Shown piece by piece: positions 35,646-46,700 of a stretch of DNA of 63,268 nt. A model generated the notes under the pieces. It made no database searches. It was not told where the DNA came from and worked only from the letters and a program-made list of their open reading frames with translations. The stretch is from Octopus bimaculoides. Its lineage: Eukaryota. A program made the position numbers and the translations under genes. How positions within the stretch are numbered: the first letter of the stretch is position 1; each line of letters starts with the position of its first letter. The stretch spans positions 52,193,512 through 52,256,779 of the forward strand of contig NC_068988.1 in assembly GCF_001194135.2 (NCBI RefSeq), in the 5' to 3' direction.

Positions 35646-36694
35646 ATGAGTTCCTTTCAGTGTCTGTCTACCAAATCCATTCACAAAGCTTTGATCAGCC
35701 CTGGGCTATAATAGAAGACTCTTGCCCAAGGTGTCACACAGTGGAACTGAACCCAGAACCATGTGGTTGGGAAGCAGACTTCTTAGCACATAGCCACACT
35801 TGCACCTATATTTATCTACCGATCTATCACACACACATACCACAGGTTTCTTTCAGTTTCCATCGACCTTATCCACTTACACAGCTTTGGTTGACCTGTG
35901 ACTATAGTTGAAAACACTTGCCAAAGGTGGTGCTACATAATGGGCTTCACCTGAAATCACGTGGTTAGAAAGTGTGTGTGGCTGTCTGGCTAAGACATTT
36001 GCTTCAGAACTACATTGCAATGGGCTGACCAATGCAGTGTGAGTGAATTGGTTGCTGGAAACCGATCATATAAATTAGTGTGTTTGTGTCTTAACATTTG
36101 TACCAGGAAAATCAAGTAATTGTTCAAAGAACTTGGGGAAATATTGATTTCAAATTTTGGCACAAGGCCAGCAATTATGGGAAAGAGGTAAGTCGGTTGT
36201 ATCGCCTCCAGTACTCAACTGGTACTTATTTTATCGACCCTGAAAGGATGAAAGGCAAAGTCGACCACAGTGGAGTTGGGGAAATATTAATTGCTAGGAA
36301 ACAGATGTGATTTGACAACAAGAAGATCTTCTGGCTATAAAATATTTAAAAGAAAGATCTCTCTCAACAAGTTTCTTCTTGTTCATGTAAGCATGAAATA
36401 ATGGAGATTAAAAATGATGAAGGTGATGTATATATATATATATATGTGTGTGTGTTTTTTTAACCAAATGTTACAGTTTCTAAACAAAAAAGAAAGTAGT
36501 CAATACATGTTGCAGTGTTTATTTGAGTTAAGATTTTGGGTTGCTGGTTCAGTTTCATTGTCTATTGCATGTTGTTTAGTTGCCTTAACAACAGTACATA
36601 TCAGATCTTTCAGACATCACCAACCAGTGAAAAATGCAAACAGCCTGCTCCTACAGAGAAGAAATCCAGAACCACAAGAAAAACCAAGAAATGA
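2965..36694 (+). CDS. MDC1: Mediator of DNA damage checkpoint protein 1-like, multi-exon and 5'-incomplete: join(2965-3057,3303-3392,4596-4763,7530-7596,8518-8601,13381-13458,16680-16750,17772-19023,19477-19508,22226-23812,26142-26264,28428-28496,29749-29848,31678-31833,32917-32942,33595-33755,36598-36694)
   Basis: N-terminal FHA (SLSKKHACIEV...LVFADVSCQY), long S/T/P- and K/E-rich linker, C-terminal tandem BRCT (VMFTG...[30 protein letters not shown]...EFLLTGILQQ) closely matching the MDC1 architecture as I recall it; all 16 junctions are phase-compatible, giving ~1417 aa to TGA. Confidence 0.9.
3303..3392 (+). CDS. MDC1: MDC1 exon, FHA C-terminal part (LFLTPEVRYELKHKDTLVFADVSCQYAIEE)
   Basis: tttcag acceptor and GTGTGT donor; 90 bp, phase 0-0; matches the MDC1 L-x-FAD-x-x-CQY pattern. 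Confidence 0.92.
4596..4763 (+). CDS. MDC1: MDC1 exon (IARASDSGSNTES...DILLPTQ)
   Basis: tttttccag acceptor and GTAGTG donor; 168 bp, phase 0-0; acidic Ser/Thr-rich. Confidence 0.85.
4804..5151 (-). mobile_element. RTE-clade LINE, 3' end of ORF (runs into gap)
   Basis: Translation LREKLNIRSISCGVQERRLRWYGHVVRMDEDSCVKKC...GRGRPRKTW...TDRDLW is the characteristic RTE ORF C-terminus; near-identical to 43057-43202. Confidence 0.9.
5152..5318. other. Assembly gap (others: 12726-13020, 24472-24736, 28542-28713, 40367-40737, 43203-43419)
   Basis: Runs of N. Confidence 1.
7530..7596 (+). CDS. MDC1: MDC1 exon (DFPVHELTKHSSQGLANISPVK)
   Basis: ttgctgcag acceptor and GTAAGG donor; phase 0-1; creates TQDF with the previous exon. 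Confidence 0.8.
8518..8601 (+). CDS. MDC1: Probable MDC1 exon (AEVLAVDSSPENQGESSYLKDRIFFQNN), possibly a cassette
   Basis: Good acceptor (tttcttgttatttcag) but weak donor (G|GTATAT); symmetric 84 bp, phase 1-1, so it can be skipped without frameshift. Confidence 0.55.
9461..9734 (-). mobile_element. RTE 3'-UTR / SINE tail (family A); further copies ~11218-11507, 12461-12725, 20339-20793, 30910-31383, 47175-47627 (+) and 24780-25010, 62160-62350, 63070-63268 (-)
   Basis: Conserved CACTCTCGGAGTGGTTGGCGTTAGGAAGGGCATCCAGCTGTAGAAAC...CCAACCCATGCTAGCATGGAAAGCGGACGTTAAACG ending in a (GAT)n tail; lies downstream of an RTE ORF at 43057-43702 (across a gap). Confidence 0.85.
11713..12150. repeat. ~45-bp minisatellite, about 9 units, with a 90-bp (46+44) higher-order dimer
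   Basis: CATCCACTTGTGAC starts at 11713, 11803, 11893; CACCCACTTGTGAC at 11759, 11849; decays rightward. Confidence 0.9.
12322..12461 (-). mobile_element. Tail half of family E SINE (Penelope-like tail), interrupted by a family A insertion
   Basis: Reverse complement matches 13120-13257. Confidence 0.75.
13021..13257 (+). mobile_element. Family E SINE: tRNA-like head + (AAT)n + Penelope-like tail with degenerate hammerhead core
   Basis: Head GGCGTAGTGGTTAAGAGC...GAGTTCGATTCC; tail CTAATGA-A-GGCTG-loop-CAGCT-GAAAC at 13173-13201. Confidence 0.7.
13381..13458 (+). CDS. MDC1: MDC1 exon (ANKEDNIDAEILAAATQAYVADSDDD), ending at a GC donor
   Basis: cttccag acceptor; G|GCAAGT donor; phase 1-1; contains TQAY. 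Confidence 0.8.
16680..16750 (+). CDS. MDC1: MDC1 exon (ESKSEVYDTENPIAIVADTQSPKE)
   Basis: ttacag acceptor and GTGAGT donor; phase 1-0. Confidence 0.8.
17772..19023 (+). CDS. MDC1: MDC1 large Ser/Pro/Thr-rich exon
   Basis: ttctag acceptor, 1252 bp open in the 448-aa ORF frame, G|GTAAGT donor; contains ATQPY and many SP/TP sites. Confidence 0.9.
19477..19508 (+). CDS. MDC1: MDC1 small exon (DLETKASEKSN)
   Basis: ttacag acceptor and GTAAGT donor; 32 bp, phase 1-0, which bridges the two large exons. Confidence 0.8.
22226..23812 (+). CDS. MDC1: MDC1 large Lys/Glu/Ser-rich exon
   Basis: ttcag acceptor, 1587 bp open in the 558-aa ORF frame, GAG|GTTTGT donor; phase 0-0. Confidence 0.88.
26142..26264 (+). 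CDS. MDC1: MDC1 exon, start of BRCT1 (SSNMATPK...LKPNVMFTGLTDDTGQR)
   Basis: tttattttcag acceptor and GTAAGT donor; P-x-V-x-FTG motif. Confidence 0.92.
27930..28297 (-). mobile_element. tRNA-derived SINE (family D) with 10-bp TSD
   Basis: GTCTCTAGGT at 27922-27931 and 28299-28308; homologous to 578-956. Confidence 0.88.
28428..28496 (+). CDS. MDC1: MDC1 exon, BRCT1 (IVTELGGIVGTNFNCCTHLITDK)
   Basis: ttgtcag acceptor and GTAATA donor; LGG...THL BRCT motif. Confidence 0.92.
29749..29848 (+). CDS. MDC1: MDC1 exon, BRCT1 ([33 protein letters not shown])
   Basis: cttttcag acceptor and G|GTAAGT donor; RRTVKFL is the phosphopeptide-binding signature of MDC1/PTIP-type BRCT pairs. Confidence 0.95.
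31678..31833 (+). CDS. MDC1: MDC1 exon, BRCT linker and BRCT2 start (DYTPYILSDSDAEKQYNFSL...GYKIHVTKSVKPNAEQMK)
   Basis: atcacag acceptor and G|GTAAAT donor; phase 1-1; D-x-x-x-EK-x-x-x-FSL linker motif. Confidence 0.93.
32917..32942 (+). CDS. MDC1: MDC1 26-bp micro-exon (EIIESCKAK)
   Basis: Long poly-T tract + taccag acceptor, AAG|GTAATT donor; supplies the BRCT2 'EII-x-x-CGG' equivalent and the needed phase 1-0 change. Confidence 0.88.
33595..33755 (+). CDS. MDC1: MDC1 exon, BRCT2 (FLAKLP...IVISCEDD...EFLLTGILQQDLSID), ending at a U12 AT donor
   Basis: cttgcag acceptor; exon ends AA|ATATCCTTT. Confidence 0.9.
33756..36597 (+). other. U12-type (minor spliceosome) AT-AC intron, 2842 bp
   Basis: 5'ss ATATCCTTT at 33756; branch TGCCTTAAC at 36581-36589; terminal AC at 36596-36597; no polypyrimidine tract; joining restores the frame. 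Confidence 0.88.
35423..35590. mobile_element. Short non-autonomous DNA transposon (MITE), 23-bp TIRs
   Basis: ATACTGTATTTTAATGTGTATAA vs reverse complement ATACCATATTTTAACGTGTATAA; TA context suggests the Tc1/mariner/pogo superfamily. Confidence 0.7.
36598..36694 (+). CDS. MDC1: MDC1 terminal exon ((K)YQIFQTSPTSEKCKQPAPTEKKSRTTRKTKK*)
   Basis: Follows the U12 AC acceptor; in-frame TGA at 36692-36694; basic NLS-like tail. Confidence 0.8.
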
Positions 36695-38809
36695 TGGAAA
36701 ATATCTGAATGAATCCTTAAAACAGAAAGCAGAAGCAAAAAAGAAAATTAAACCTTGTGTTTGTCAACAACTCGACCCTGTTACAAAAACTTCACACATA
36801 TTTCATTTGATCTTTTATTCCGTCTATATTCAGTTGTCTCTAAATTAATGTATCTTCTGGCAACTGAATTCATTTTACTGACAAAACTATTCTAGAATTT
36901 GTAATGTAATTATTAGTAATTAAAATTATCAGCTGACAGCTTCATAGACAACATACTGAGACCGAGTTGACAGGTACAATCAATCTTAATATGAAGATGG
37001 CTCAATGAAATCTCTAATCTCGCTTACCATTAAACACATACAAACATTCGTATAATATATACATTATATCCCATAGTCTAGTGTCAAAATAATCGTCATT
37101 TTCTTTACATAGTTTTTTATTGCGATATTTCCAAATCTATCCTAAATTTTATATCAGTTCCTATACTGTAATGAATTACAATTGGCTGTGACCTCCAAAA
37201 GACAATGTTTTTATTTTGTTGCTTTTTTATGACTTGCTGCTGTTGTTATTATCCATACTTGGGGTTAGGGTGAATCTGGGTTTGTTATCTTCAGTTTCAT
37301 TTGAACCTTAATGATATTCCAGAATGAATTTAAATTATTTTGAAGATTGTCATCATAGATATTGTTGTTGTTGATTAATCAATTATGAGGGTGTTGATTA
37401 AATAAACTACATGCTATCTTTAAATTTTATTGCCTTGTTAGGAACCATTATTATTATTATTTTGTCTCATTAGCCAAATGGATAAGATTCTAGAGTTTTC
37501 TCTGCTTAGATGTTCCTAGCATGATCTTATTTGCCTGACCCTTGATTATTAGAGAAATTGATATTTATCATTGTGATATCATCACCTTTTGATGTCCACT
37601 TTTCCATGCTTGCATGGGTCAGACAGAGTTTATTGAGGCAGATTTTGTACAGTTGGATGCTCTTCCTGTCACCAACCCTCTCCTATGGCCTGACATGTTT
37701 TCACAATATTAGGAACAAACAACTATTTGTATGATAGTGACACTTAGTTACGACTATTACATTATGTCAGGACAAAGAGGCACAAATACACACATGCACA
37801 TATATAAATATATATACTTTGGGCTTCTTTTAGTTTCCATCCACCAAATCCAAAATCCACTCTCAAGGCTTTGGACGGTCTTGGGCTATAGTATGAAACC
37901 ATATGGTTGGAAAGCCAACTTCTTAACCATACATTCTCAGACAGTTGCTTCCATTTGTTTTATGGATTGAAAGTTTTCTGTCAGACTTTTTCATTGCATG
38001 GTGTATCGATGAGACTTTTGTTGACTATTAGGGTGTACTCTTATAGTTGGTGTATGACACCCCACTGTACTCTTCTTTCTGTACTTCAATTTCGTTTGAC
38101 ACTTTTAGCATCACAGTACTTGCAGATTAAAACTCTGCCATTTTTCCATAACCTGCTACAAACGCTCATCTTATTCACGTGTAATTTGGACACTCCTCCC
38201 ACTAAACATACAACTACCTCCATGAACAGTTAAGCTTGAAAACATCCTTGAATGGGGATATGGCTCTGGGGTAGTTTTAACAGAGCAAAGAAACATTTGC
38301 CACACACACACATATTGTGCTATGTAAAGGCACATGGCTTAGTGGTTAGGATATTCAGCTCATGATTGTTAGGTCCTGAGTTCAATTCCCAGCAACATAT
38401 TGTGTTCTTGAACAAGACACTGTATTTCACATTGCTCCAATCCATTCACCTGGCAAAAATGAGTTGCACCTGTATTTCAAAGGGCCAATCTTGTCACATT
38501 GTGTCACGCTGAATCTCCCTGAGAACTACATTAAGGATACAAGTGTCTGTGGAGTGCTCAGCCTCTTGCATGTTAATTTCACAAGAAGGCTGTTCTGTTG
38601 ATCAGATCAACTGGAACCTTTGTCGTCATAACCAACAGAGTGCCAGTATATATTGTGCTACAACTTGTCTATGCATAATAAACACAATTTAATTTCTCAA
38701 TATCTCTCCACGAATTCTAGGACAAATGATCTCTCATAATGATCTCAATGTATGTGACAAAACTAACCTTTTAAATTATATAGTTTATGTGTTAAGCTTC
38801 AATACAGTT

Positions 38810-39033
38810 TATTTTTCCTTTACTGCCCACAAGGGGCTACACACAGAGGGGACAAACAAATGGATTAAGTCGATTATATCGACCCCTGTGCATAACTGGT
38901 ACTTATTTAATTGACCCCGGAAAGATGAAAGGCAAAGTCGACCTCGGCGGAATTTGAACTCAGAGCGTAGCGGCAGACGAAATACTGTTAAGCATTTCGC
39001 CCGACATGCTAACGTTTCTGCCATCTCGCCGCC
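38810..39033 (-). mobile_element. tRNA-derived SINE (family C), well-preserved copy; about 12 more, e.g. 8200-8410, 14120-14330, 16360-16570, 20100-20310, 34080-34330, 49150-49590, 52810-52990
   Basis: Minus-strand GGCGGCGAGATGGCAGAAACGTTAGCATGTCGGGCGAAATGCTT...CTGAGTTCAAATTCCGCCGAGGTCGACTTTGCCTTTCATC; recurs across the window. Confidence 0.85.
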
Positions 39034-39538
39034 TTAACACAGTTCACGCTTCAACACAGTTTCTATCTACTTAACTTCACTTATTAGGCTTGGTTCAACT
39101 CAAGATCTCAGGGTTGTAAAGCTGAGTATGTAACCATTCAGCAGTGTTGCAAATAGAATGTTTACAGGGGAAGTTTAGTTCGTATTATGTATAATTAACC
39201 CTTTCGCATTTAATCCAGCCATATCTGGCCCAAATATTCTACTTGTTTTATGTTAAATCTAACCAGATCCAACCTCTCACACCTACCCTACAATGTCAGT
39301 CTAAAAATATACAAATACACCATTAAAATTTTGAAGCTACAAAATAATGTGGTTAATAGGTGCAAGCATGGCTGTGGTAAGAAGCTTGCTTCCCAACCAC
39401 ATGATTCCAAGTTCTGTCCCATTGCATGGCACCTTGGGCAAGTGTCTTTTACTATAGCCTCGGGCTGACCAAAGCTTTTTGAGTGGATTTGGTAAATGAA
39501 AACTGAAAGAAGCCCGTTGTGTATGTGTGTGTATATAT

Positions 39539-40366
39539 ATAGGTGGTCTGATCAATGAGTATCCGGACTGTTGCCATAGTAACAAAGCTAAAGCACACAG
39601 AGTGAAGATGCTTGGCACAGATTGACCTTGAACTTTGCTGTGCATGCACAGTAAGTTTTAACATTCTAGCTCACCTCCGCTGTTTACAGCAGCAGTGCTT
39701 GGAAGGAATGTGTGTAGCGTAAGATCATTGCGTTGACCATGATAGAGAAATTCAAGCAGAGAATCTGCATCAAATTTAGCCAAAAGCATGGTGATACCTT
39801 CTCAGAGGTCTATGCAAAGTTGTAGAAAGTGTATGGAGAGGAGTGTATGACTGCACACAAGCGTACAAGAGGTTCAGATGTTTCCAAGATGGCTGAATAA
39901 TGTCGATAGTGATGTTCTGGGAGACCCGCAACCAGCAGAACTGAAAAATCATCACAGATTTGTGTGCTGCTGTGAGGGGAAATCATCAAATCACCATCTA
40001 TGAGTTATCGGAGAATGTACAGATAAGTTTCAGTTCAGTTCTTTATCACTGAAGATTTGGGTATGAGACTCATGTCTGCCAAGTTTGTGCCAAAACTGCT
40101 TTCATCTGACCAAAAAGACACCCGGGTTTCAGTTGTACAAGATCTTGATTGTGTGGAGAACGATGAAAACTTTTTGAAAATGGTCATAACAGGTGATGAA
40201 CCGTGGGTCTATGGCTATGACCCTGAAACAAAGGCTCAGTCTTTGCAGTGAAAGACCCCAACCTCTCCGAGACAAAAGAATTGAAACAAATGTAAAGACA
40301 CTGTTGACCGTATTCTTCGCCTATAAGGGGATTGTTCATCATGAATATACTCCACCTGGTCAGACA
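39539..40366 (+). mobile_element. Decayed mariner element (left TIR + N-terminal two-thirds of transposase, cut by gap)
   Basis: TIR-like AGGTGGTCTGATCAATGAGTATCCGGACT after TA; translation M..KF.QRICIKF...KVYGEECM...; MSAKFVPKLL; ITGDEPWVYGYDPETKAQS; stops and frameshifts present. Confidence 0.9.
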
Positions 40367-41265
40367 NNNNNNNNNNNNNNNNNNNNNNNNNNNNNNNNNN
40401 NNNNNNNNNNNNNNNNNNNNNNNNNNNNNNNNNNNNNNNNNNNNNNNNNNNNNNNNNNNNNNNNNNNNNNNNNNNNNNNNNNNNNNNNNNNNNNNNNNNN
40501 NNNNNNNNNNNNNNNNNNNNNNNNNNNNNNNNNNNNNNNNNNNNNNNNNNNNNNNNNNNNNNNNNNNNNNNNNNNNNNNNNNNNNNNNNNNNNNNNNNNN
40601 NNNNNNNNNNNNNNNNNNNNNNNNNNNNNNNNNNNNNNNNNNNNNNNNNNNNNNNNNNNNNNNNNNNNNNNNNNNNNNNNNNNNNNNNNNNNNNNNNNNN
40701 NNNNNNNNNNNNNNNNNNNNNNNNNNNNNNNNNNNNNCAGACCTCGTATATTTATTTATATGTGTATCTTTGTGTCTGGCCTTGCCCCCTCCCCCAACTG
40801 CTTGACAACCAATGTTGGTATGTTTATGCCCCTGTAACTTAGCGATTCAGCAAAAGATACTGATTGCAAAGAATATGTCCTAGGGTAGATACCTTAAACT
40901 AAAATCCCTTTAAGGCAGTGCTCCAGCATGGCTGCAGTCAAATGACTGAAACAAGTAAAAGAATAAATAAGCATCACATTTGAGAAAGAAATCTTAATGC
41001 TAAAGGATTAAGGATGATGCTGTGAGATGCAGTATAGCGATAGTGGGACTGATTGAGTGTATCTAAGATGAAGCTAGGCTATGGATCTGAGTGATTAGAT
41101 ACTAGATATCTGATACCATTTATCTACTAGTTACACAAGTTGTGTTTGGAGGGTGATATGCAGAGCTGTGATGGCTATTAAGGGAGACATATCACGCAAG
41201 TTATATCCTATAGTACAAAAACTGAAATGATCCATCCCTCTCTTTCTCTCTCTCTCTATATATAT

Positions 41266-42489
41266 ATAGGGTTGACAAGAAAGTAATTTTGTTTTTTGCA
41301 AATAGAGTTACAATTTTTTTTAATAACTTTTGTCAATGTTATGGTTTTTTCCTTTTGATATTTGATAGCCATTACTTTTAGCTTACTTTAGAAGCAAATT
41401 GCATGTAATTTTGTTTACAGCTGTTCAGTGTCCATTTTAACATGGAGTGCAAAAACAAACATTTTCAACATATTTTGCTTTTTTTTATTTCTGTAAAGGC
41501 AAGAAAGATACTGAGTTTCACAAAGAGATATGTGAAGTTTATGGTGTTGATTGCTTAACAGGATGCACATGTCAGAAATGGTTTTTAAAATTCTGTTCTG
41601 GAGATTTTTCACTCAAAGATGACCAGCATTCTGGTTAACCTACTGAAGTTGATGACCAAATCAAAGTCATAATTGAAATCTGATTGTCATATAACTGTCC
41701 AAGAGATTGCAGAGAGGTTAAATGTATCACACAACAATTGAAAATCACTTAAAATGTCTTGAAGCTCAACATTTGGATTCCTCATAAATTGAAAGAGATT
41801 CACTTAATGAATCAATAATTGCGATATGCATCTCAAACACAATGAAAACGACCTTTGTTGTAACAAATCATCACTGGTGATGAAAAATGGATTATCTACA
41901 ATAATATCAATCAAAAACAATCATGATCCAACCATAATTAACCAGCACAAACCACATCAAAAGCTAAATTGCATAAAAAAATGGTCATGCTGTCAATTTG
42001 GTGGGATTACAAAGGTGTTGTGTATTTTGAGTTGCTTCCAAGGAACCAAATGATCAGTTCAGATGGTTACTGTCAACAACTAATGAAACTGGAGGAAACA
42101 ATCAAAGAAAAATGGCCAGAATTGGCAAATCGTAAAGGAATCATGTTCCACCATGACAATGCTAGACAACACACGTCTTTGCTAACTCGTTAAAACTTAT
42201 TGGAGCTTGATTGAGAAGTGATGTCACATCCACCATATAGCCCTGACCTTGCACCATCAGATTACCATTTATTTAGAAGTTTGCAAAATTCTTTGAATGG
42301 TAAAACTTTCAGATTTTGGCTGATAAGGACCTGAAGTTCTGTGAGCGTGGAATCATGAAGTTGCCAGAAAGATGGCAAAAGGTCATTGAACAAAATGGAA
42401 AATATATAATTGATTAAATTCTTTGTATGAAAAAAATTGACTTTTATTTCAAACTAAAAAAAACAAAATTACTTTCTTGCCAACCCAAT
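41266..42489 (+). mobile_element. Full-length decayed mariner (DD34D, Hsmar1/cecropia-like) with both TIRs; pseudo-CDS 41442-42417
   Basis: TIRs ATAGGGTTGACAAGAAAGTAATTTTGTTTTTT and reverse complement ATTGGGTTGGCAAGAAAGTAATTTTGTTTTTT; motifs WIPHKL, ITGDEKW, HHDNARQH, HPPYSPDLAPSDYHLF; multiple stops and frameshifts. Confidence 0.95.
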
Positions 42490-43024
42490 GTATTTATATA
42501 TCATCATCATTTAACGTCTGCTTTCCATGCTGGCATGGGTATACTCTTTTTACTCTCTTTTACTTGTTTCAGTCATTTGACTGTGGCCATGCTGGAGCAC
42601 CGCATTTAGTCGAGCAAATCGACCCCAGGACTTATTCTTTGTAAGCCTAGTACTTATTTTATCGGTCTCTATTGCCGAAGCACTAAGTTACGGGGACGTA
42701 AACACACCAGCATCGGTTGTCAAGCAATGTTGGGAGGACAAACACAAACACACATATATATATATATGATGGGCTTCTTTCAGTTTCCATCTACCAAATC
42801 CATATATATAAACAAGAATGTTGTTGATAGGGACTTCAAAGTCCGGCCAGCTAAGCCATTGGTAGTCCAGTGATGGCTTAACTGGTTGAAACTTCAAAGT
42901 CACTATCAGTAATATTCTCGTTTAAGAATAGTAAATTTGTCCTCTACAGTAATATAGAGTAACCCATTATATTAATGTAAAATGGTTTTTATTATAACTG
43001 AACATAAAAACAAATATTAATATC

Positions 43025-43055
<31 letters not shown>

Positions 43056-43056
43056 C

Positions 43057-43702
43057 AACATTAGAAGCATCAGTTGTGGCGTGCAAGAGAGACGATTGCG
43101 CTGGTATGGACATGTGGTGAGAATGGATGAGGATAGCTGCGTGAAAAAGTGCCACACCCTAACAGTTGAGGGAACCCGTGGAAGAGGTAGGCCCAGGAAG
43201 ACNNNNNNNNNNNNNNNNNNNNNNNNNNNNNNNNNNNNNNNNNNNNNNNNNNNNNNNNNNNNNNNNNNNNNNNNNNNNNNNNNNNNNNNNNNNNNNNNNN
43301 NNNNNNNNNNNNNNNNNNNNNNNNNNNNNNNNNNNNNNNNNNNNNNNNNNNNNNNNNNNNNNNNNNNNNNNNNNNNNNNNNNNNNNNNNNNNNNNNNNNN
43401 NNNNNNNNNNNNNNNNNNNGTAGGATTTTCGAGTGAGATCGTTGCCAGTGCCCCTGGACTGGCTTGTGCGGGTGGCACATAAAAGACACCATTTCGAGCG
43501 TGGCCGTTTTCGTGCGGGTGACACGTAAAAGCACCCACTACACTCTCTGAGTGGTTGGCGTTAGGAAGGGCATCCAGCTGTAGAAACTCTGCCAAATCAG
43601 ACTGGAGCCTGGTGTTGCCATCCGGTTTCACCAGTCCTCAGTCAAATCGTCCAACCCATGCTAGCATGGAAAGCGGACGTTAAACGATGATAATGATGAT
43701 GA
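43057..43702 (+). mobile_element. 5'-truncated RTE LINE: ORF C-terminus + (gap) + 3' UTR/family A tail
   Basis: VQERRLRWYGHVVRMDEDSCVKKCHTLTVEGTRGRGRPRK before the gap; family A tail with (GAT)n after it in the same orientation. Confidence 0.85.
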
Positions 43703-46700
43703 TTGTATGTATATACACACATAAATCTATTTGAATGGTTAAGTTAATGGTTTCTAACTAGGCACCATGCTGTACATTATAGAAGAAGGGTTGTAGTCAA
43801 TTTAATCAACCTCATTATATGTCTGGCACTTACTTTACAAACCCCACCCCAGACGGATGAAGGGCAAAGTTGAACTCTGTATATAAAGGAACACATCTGA
43901 ATACAACAAAGAATTCAATCTGGTGTACTATTCTACCATTAGCTGATGACATCAGTAGTAAATAAAAAAAAAGACTTTTACAATGAGAAATATTCTGTCA
44001 ACCATTTACAAAATTTTAATATTAAAAAAATAATTTATTATGACTATTTACTCTAAATAGATGTGATTTCAGACGTACTTTATATACTTGTCAATACGTT
44101 TTAAGTGTTTATACGAATAACAATAAATTGTTTTAGTAATCTTGTTATTGTTTATGTGATGATTTGTTCTCTGAACTTCCACAGTCATGGTATGTCACAA
44201 GTGTCATCACCATCGTTGTTTAATGACCATTTTCCATGCTGGCATGAGTTGGATAGTTTAACATGAACTATCGAGCCAGAGAACTGTGCCATGTGTCCAG
44301 TGTTTGCATTGACATATTTTCTACAGCTGGATGCCTTTCCTAATGCCAGTCACTTTACAGTATCGACTGGGTATTATTTATGTGGCACCAGTACTAGTGA
44401 TGTCACCAAGACAAGACAAAACAAAACAAGACCCTGATCTGCTTTGGGGTAGATTATTGAAAGGAGAAAGTATAATAGAGATAGGAACAGATGTCTTTCT
44501 AAAGAGAAGATACATGTGTTTCCCACCTGGAAAGAGAGATCTGATGTCATAATGTATGGAATTTTGTGTGTTAGAGTGGTTCAACAACTCTTGTGTAAAT
44601 CCTGGTGAACACCTAACAATTCCAGTTAGTATTGTCCCAGTTAGATTGTTAAATACTTTTGGGAAAGGATGAATGTTACATATTCTTTCTGATGGATTTA
44701 TCAGAAGGAATATGTAACATTCTTCATCATCTGTGAAAACATATCACTGGCCAACAATCAGGATCTGACACTCCAGTGTCTTTTTGACATGGTTTCTACA
44801 GCTGGATGCCCTTTCTAATACCAACCACTTTATAGTGTGAACTGGGTGCTGTTTTTTTTTTTTATTTCATGCCCACAGCACTAGAAGTAGCTTGCAAGAC
44901 TACAAATCGTGTGTGGTAAGGGGGGGGGACTTTATGCTAGAATAAGAAGTAGAGAGGGATTAATCATGAGAGAAAAGGGCAGGAACAGAAGAGGTTTCAT
45001 GCTGTAAAGGACCTATATGACTACTCACATTTTACAAGAGAGGGTGAGGATGGGGAAATAAATAATACGTGGTTAATTTAATATATTAGTAGCATTCACC
45101 TTGTACCTTGGAAGTATGCCCTAACAACTTGTCACCATCATCTTTATTTCACTTTCTAGTTGCCCTCAATCATACTTTAACCTTTCAAAACCAAGAATAA
45201 AGTCACTTCCCTCTCAACTACACCTCAACTGAGTTGAGGTGGCAGATCTTTTTTTACACCTTGCAAGTTACTTAGCAACCTCACTAGTGCTGGTGGCATG
45301 AAATAAAGCATTCTGTACACTCGGTAAAGTGGTTGACATGAGGAAGGGCATCCAGCTGTAGAAACCATGCCAAAGTTGGCACTGGAGCTCATTGATGCAG
45401 TCCTCCGACTTGTCAGACCCTGTCAAACCATCCAATCCATGCCAGCCTCAGAAGACAAAATATCAAATAATGATGGTGGTATTTTTGTAAAATAATTAAA
45501 ATTGCAATGTCAAAAGTGGTGTCATTTTGGTAATCAGCACCCAAAATGCACATTAGAATATGTCTAACTTCTAAGGCACCAACGTGTAAAGTGCAACTGA
45601 ATCAACAAATTTCAGTATGAGTGATTACATCAACATATAATAAAGGAGCATTCTGTGTCTGCAAAACTAGAACTGATAATATATTTGGGCTCAGTCTCCC
45701 CCAAATTAGGTTTTACTGCTAAAGCACCAAAATATAGTAATTAAGTACTTTTACCAATATTTATTAAAAATAAAGGTATGCCGTAGAACAAACAAAAATT
45801 GATGTGACAGGAAAAAGACAATGTGATTTTGGGATTCTGTGCCCCCAAATTAATCAAAGTCAAATCTGAGATTTGAATTAAAATTGTATTGTTCAGTGAT
45901 GTCTTTTATTTGCTTCAGTTACTGGTCTGCAGCCTTGTTAAGGCACCATCTTGAAGGGTGAAACCAAACAAATCAACCCCGGTGCTTAATTTTTTTTAAA
46001 GCCTGGTATTTATTCTACTGATCTATAATGCGGCAAACACTAAGCTACAGGGATGTAAACAAACCAGCATCGGTTGTCAAGTGGTGGTGGGATACAATCA
46101 CAAATACACACACATATATAAGCATCATTCAGTTTCTGTCTATCAAATCCATTCACAAGGTGTTGGTCAAAAGGAGCCTATAGTAAACACTTGCTCAAGG
46201 TGCCAAGCAGGGGACAGAACCCAGAACCATGTGGTTGGGAAGCAAACTTCTTACCACACAGCTATGTCTGTACCTATATTTAGAAATCTTGCGCTTATAA
46301 AGATTATGCAAGCAATGACTTTTAAAAGTATGCAGAGCCACTAACAAAAAGAATTTCAAAAAATTTGATATTGGAACTATCAGGAAACAGAGAAGTCAAT
46401 AACCTGAGTTAATATTTAAGTGTAATAAATGAGGCAAAGGATATGAATATAACCTTCATTAAGAATTTAAATAGATTCAAGACACAAACTGATAGCAAAA
46501 ACAGTTCAAATATTATTTGGCAACTAATATATTTACAAATATGTATGGAAGCCTCTATATAATTGTTATTTGACCTGCAGGAAACATTCTTCAAATCACA
46601 GCCCATTTTCACCTTAAGAAGTAGAGTAGTATAAATTAGATAATGTAGTCCTAGTTACCTCTAAAAAGATGGACTAGTCCTGGCTGGATTACTTTCAATC

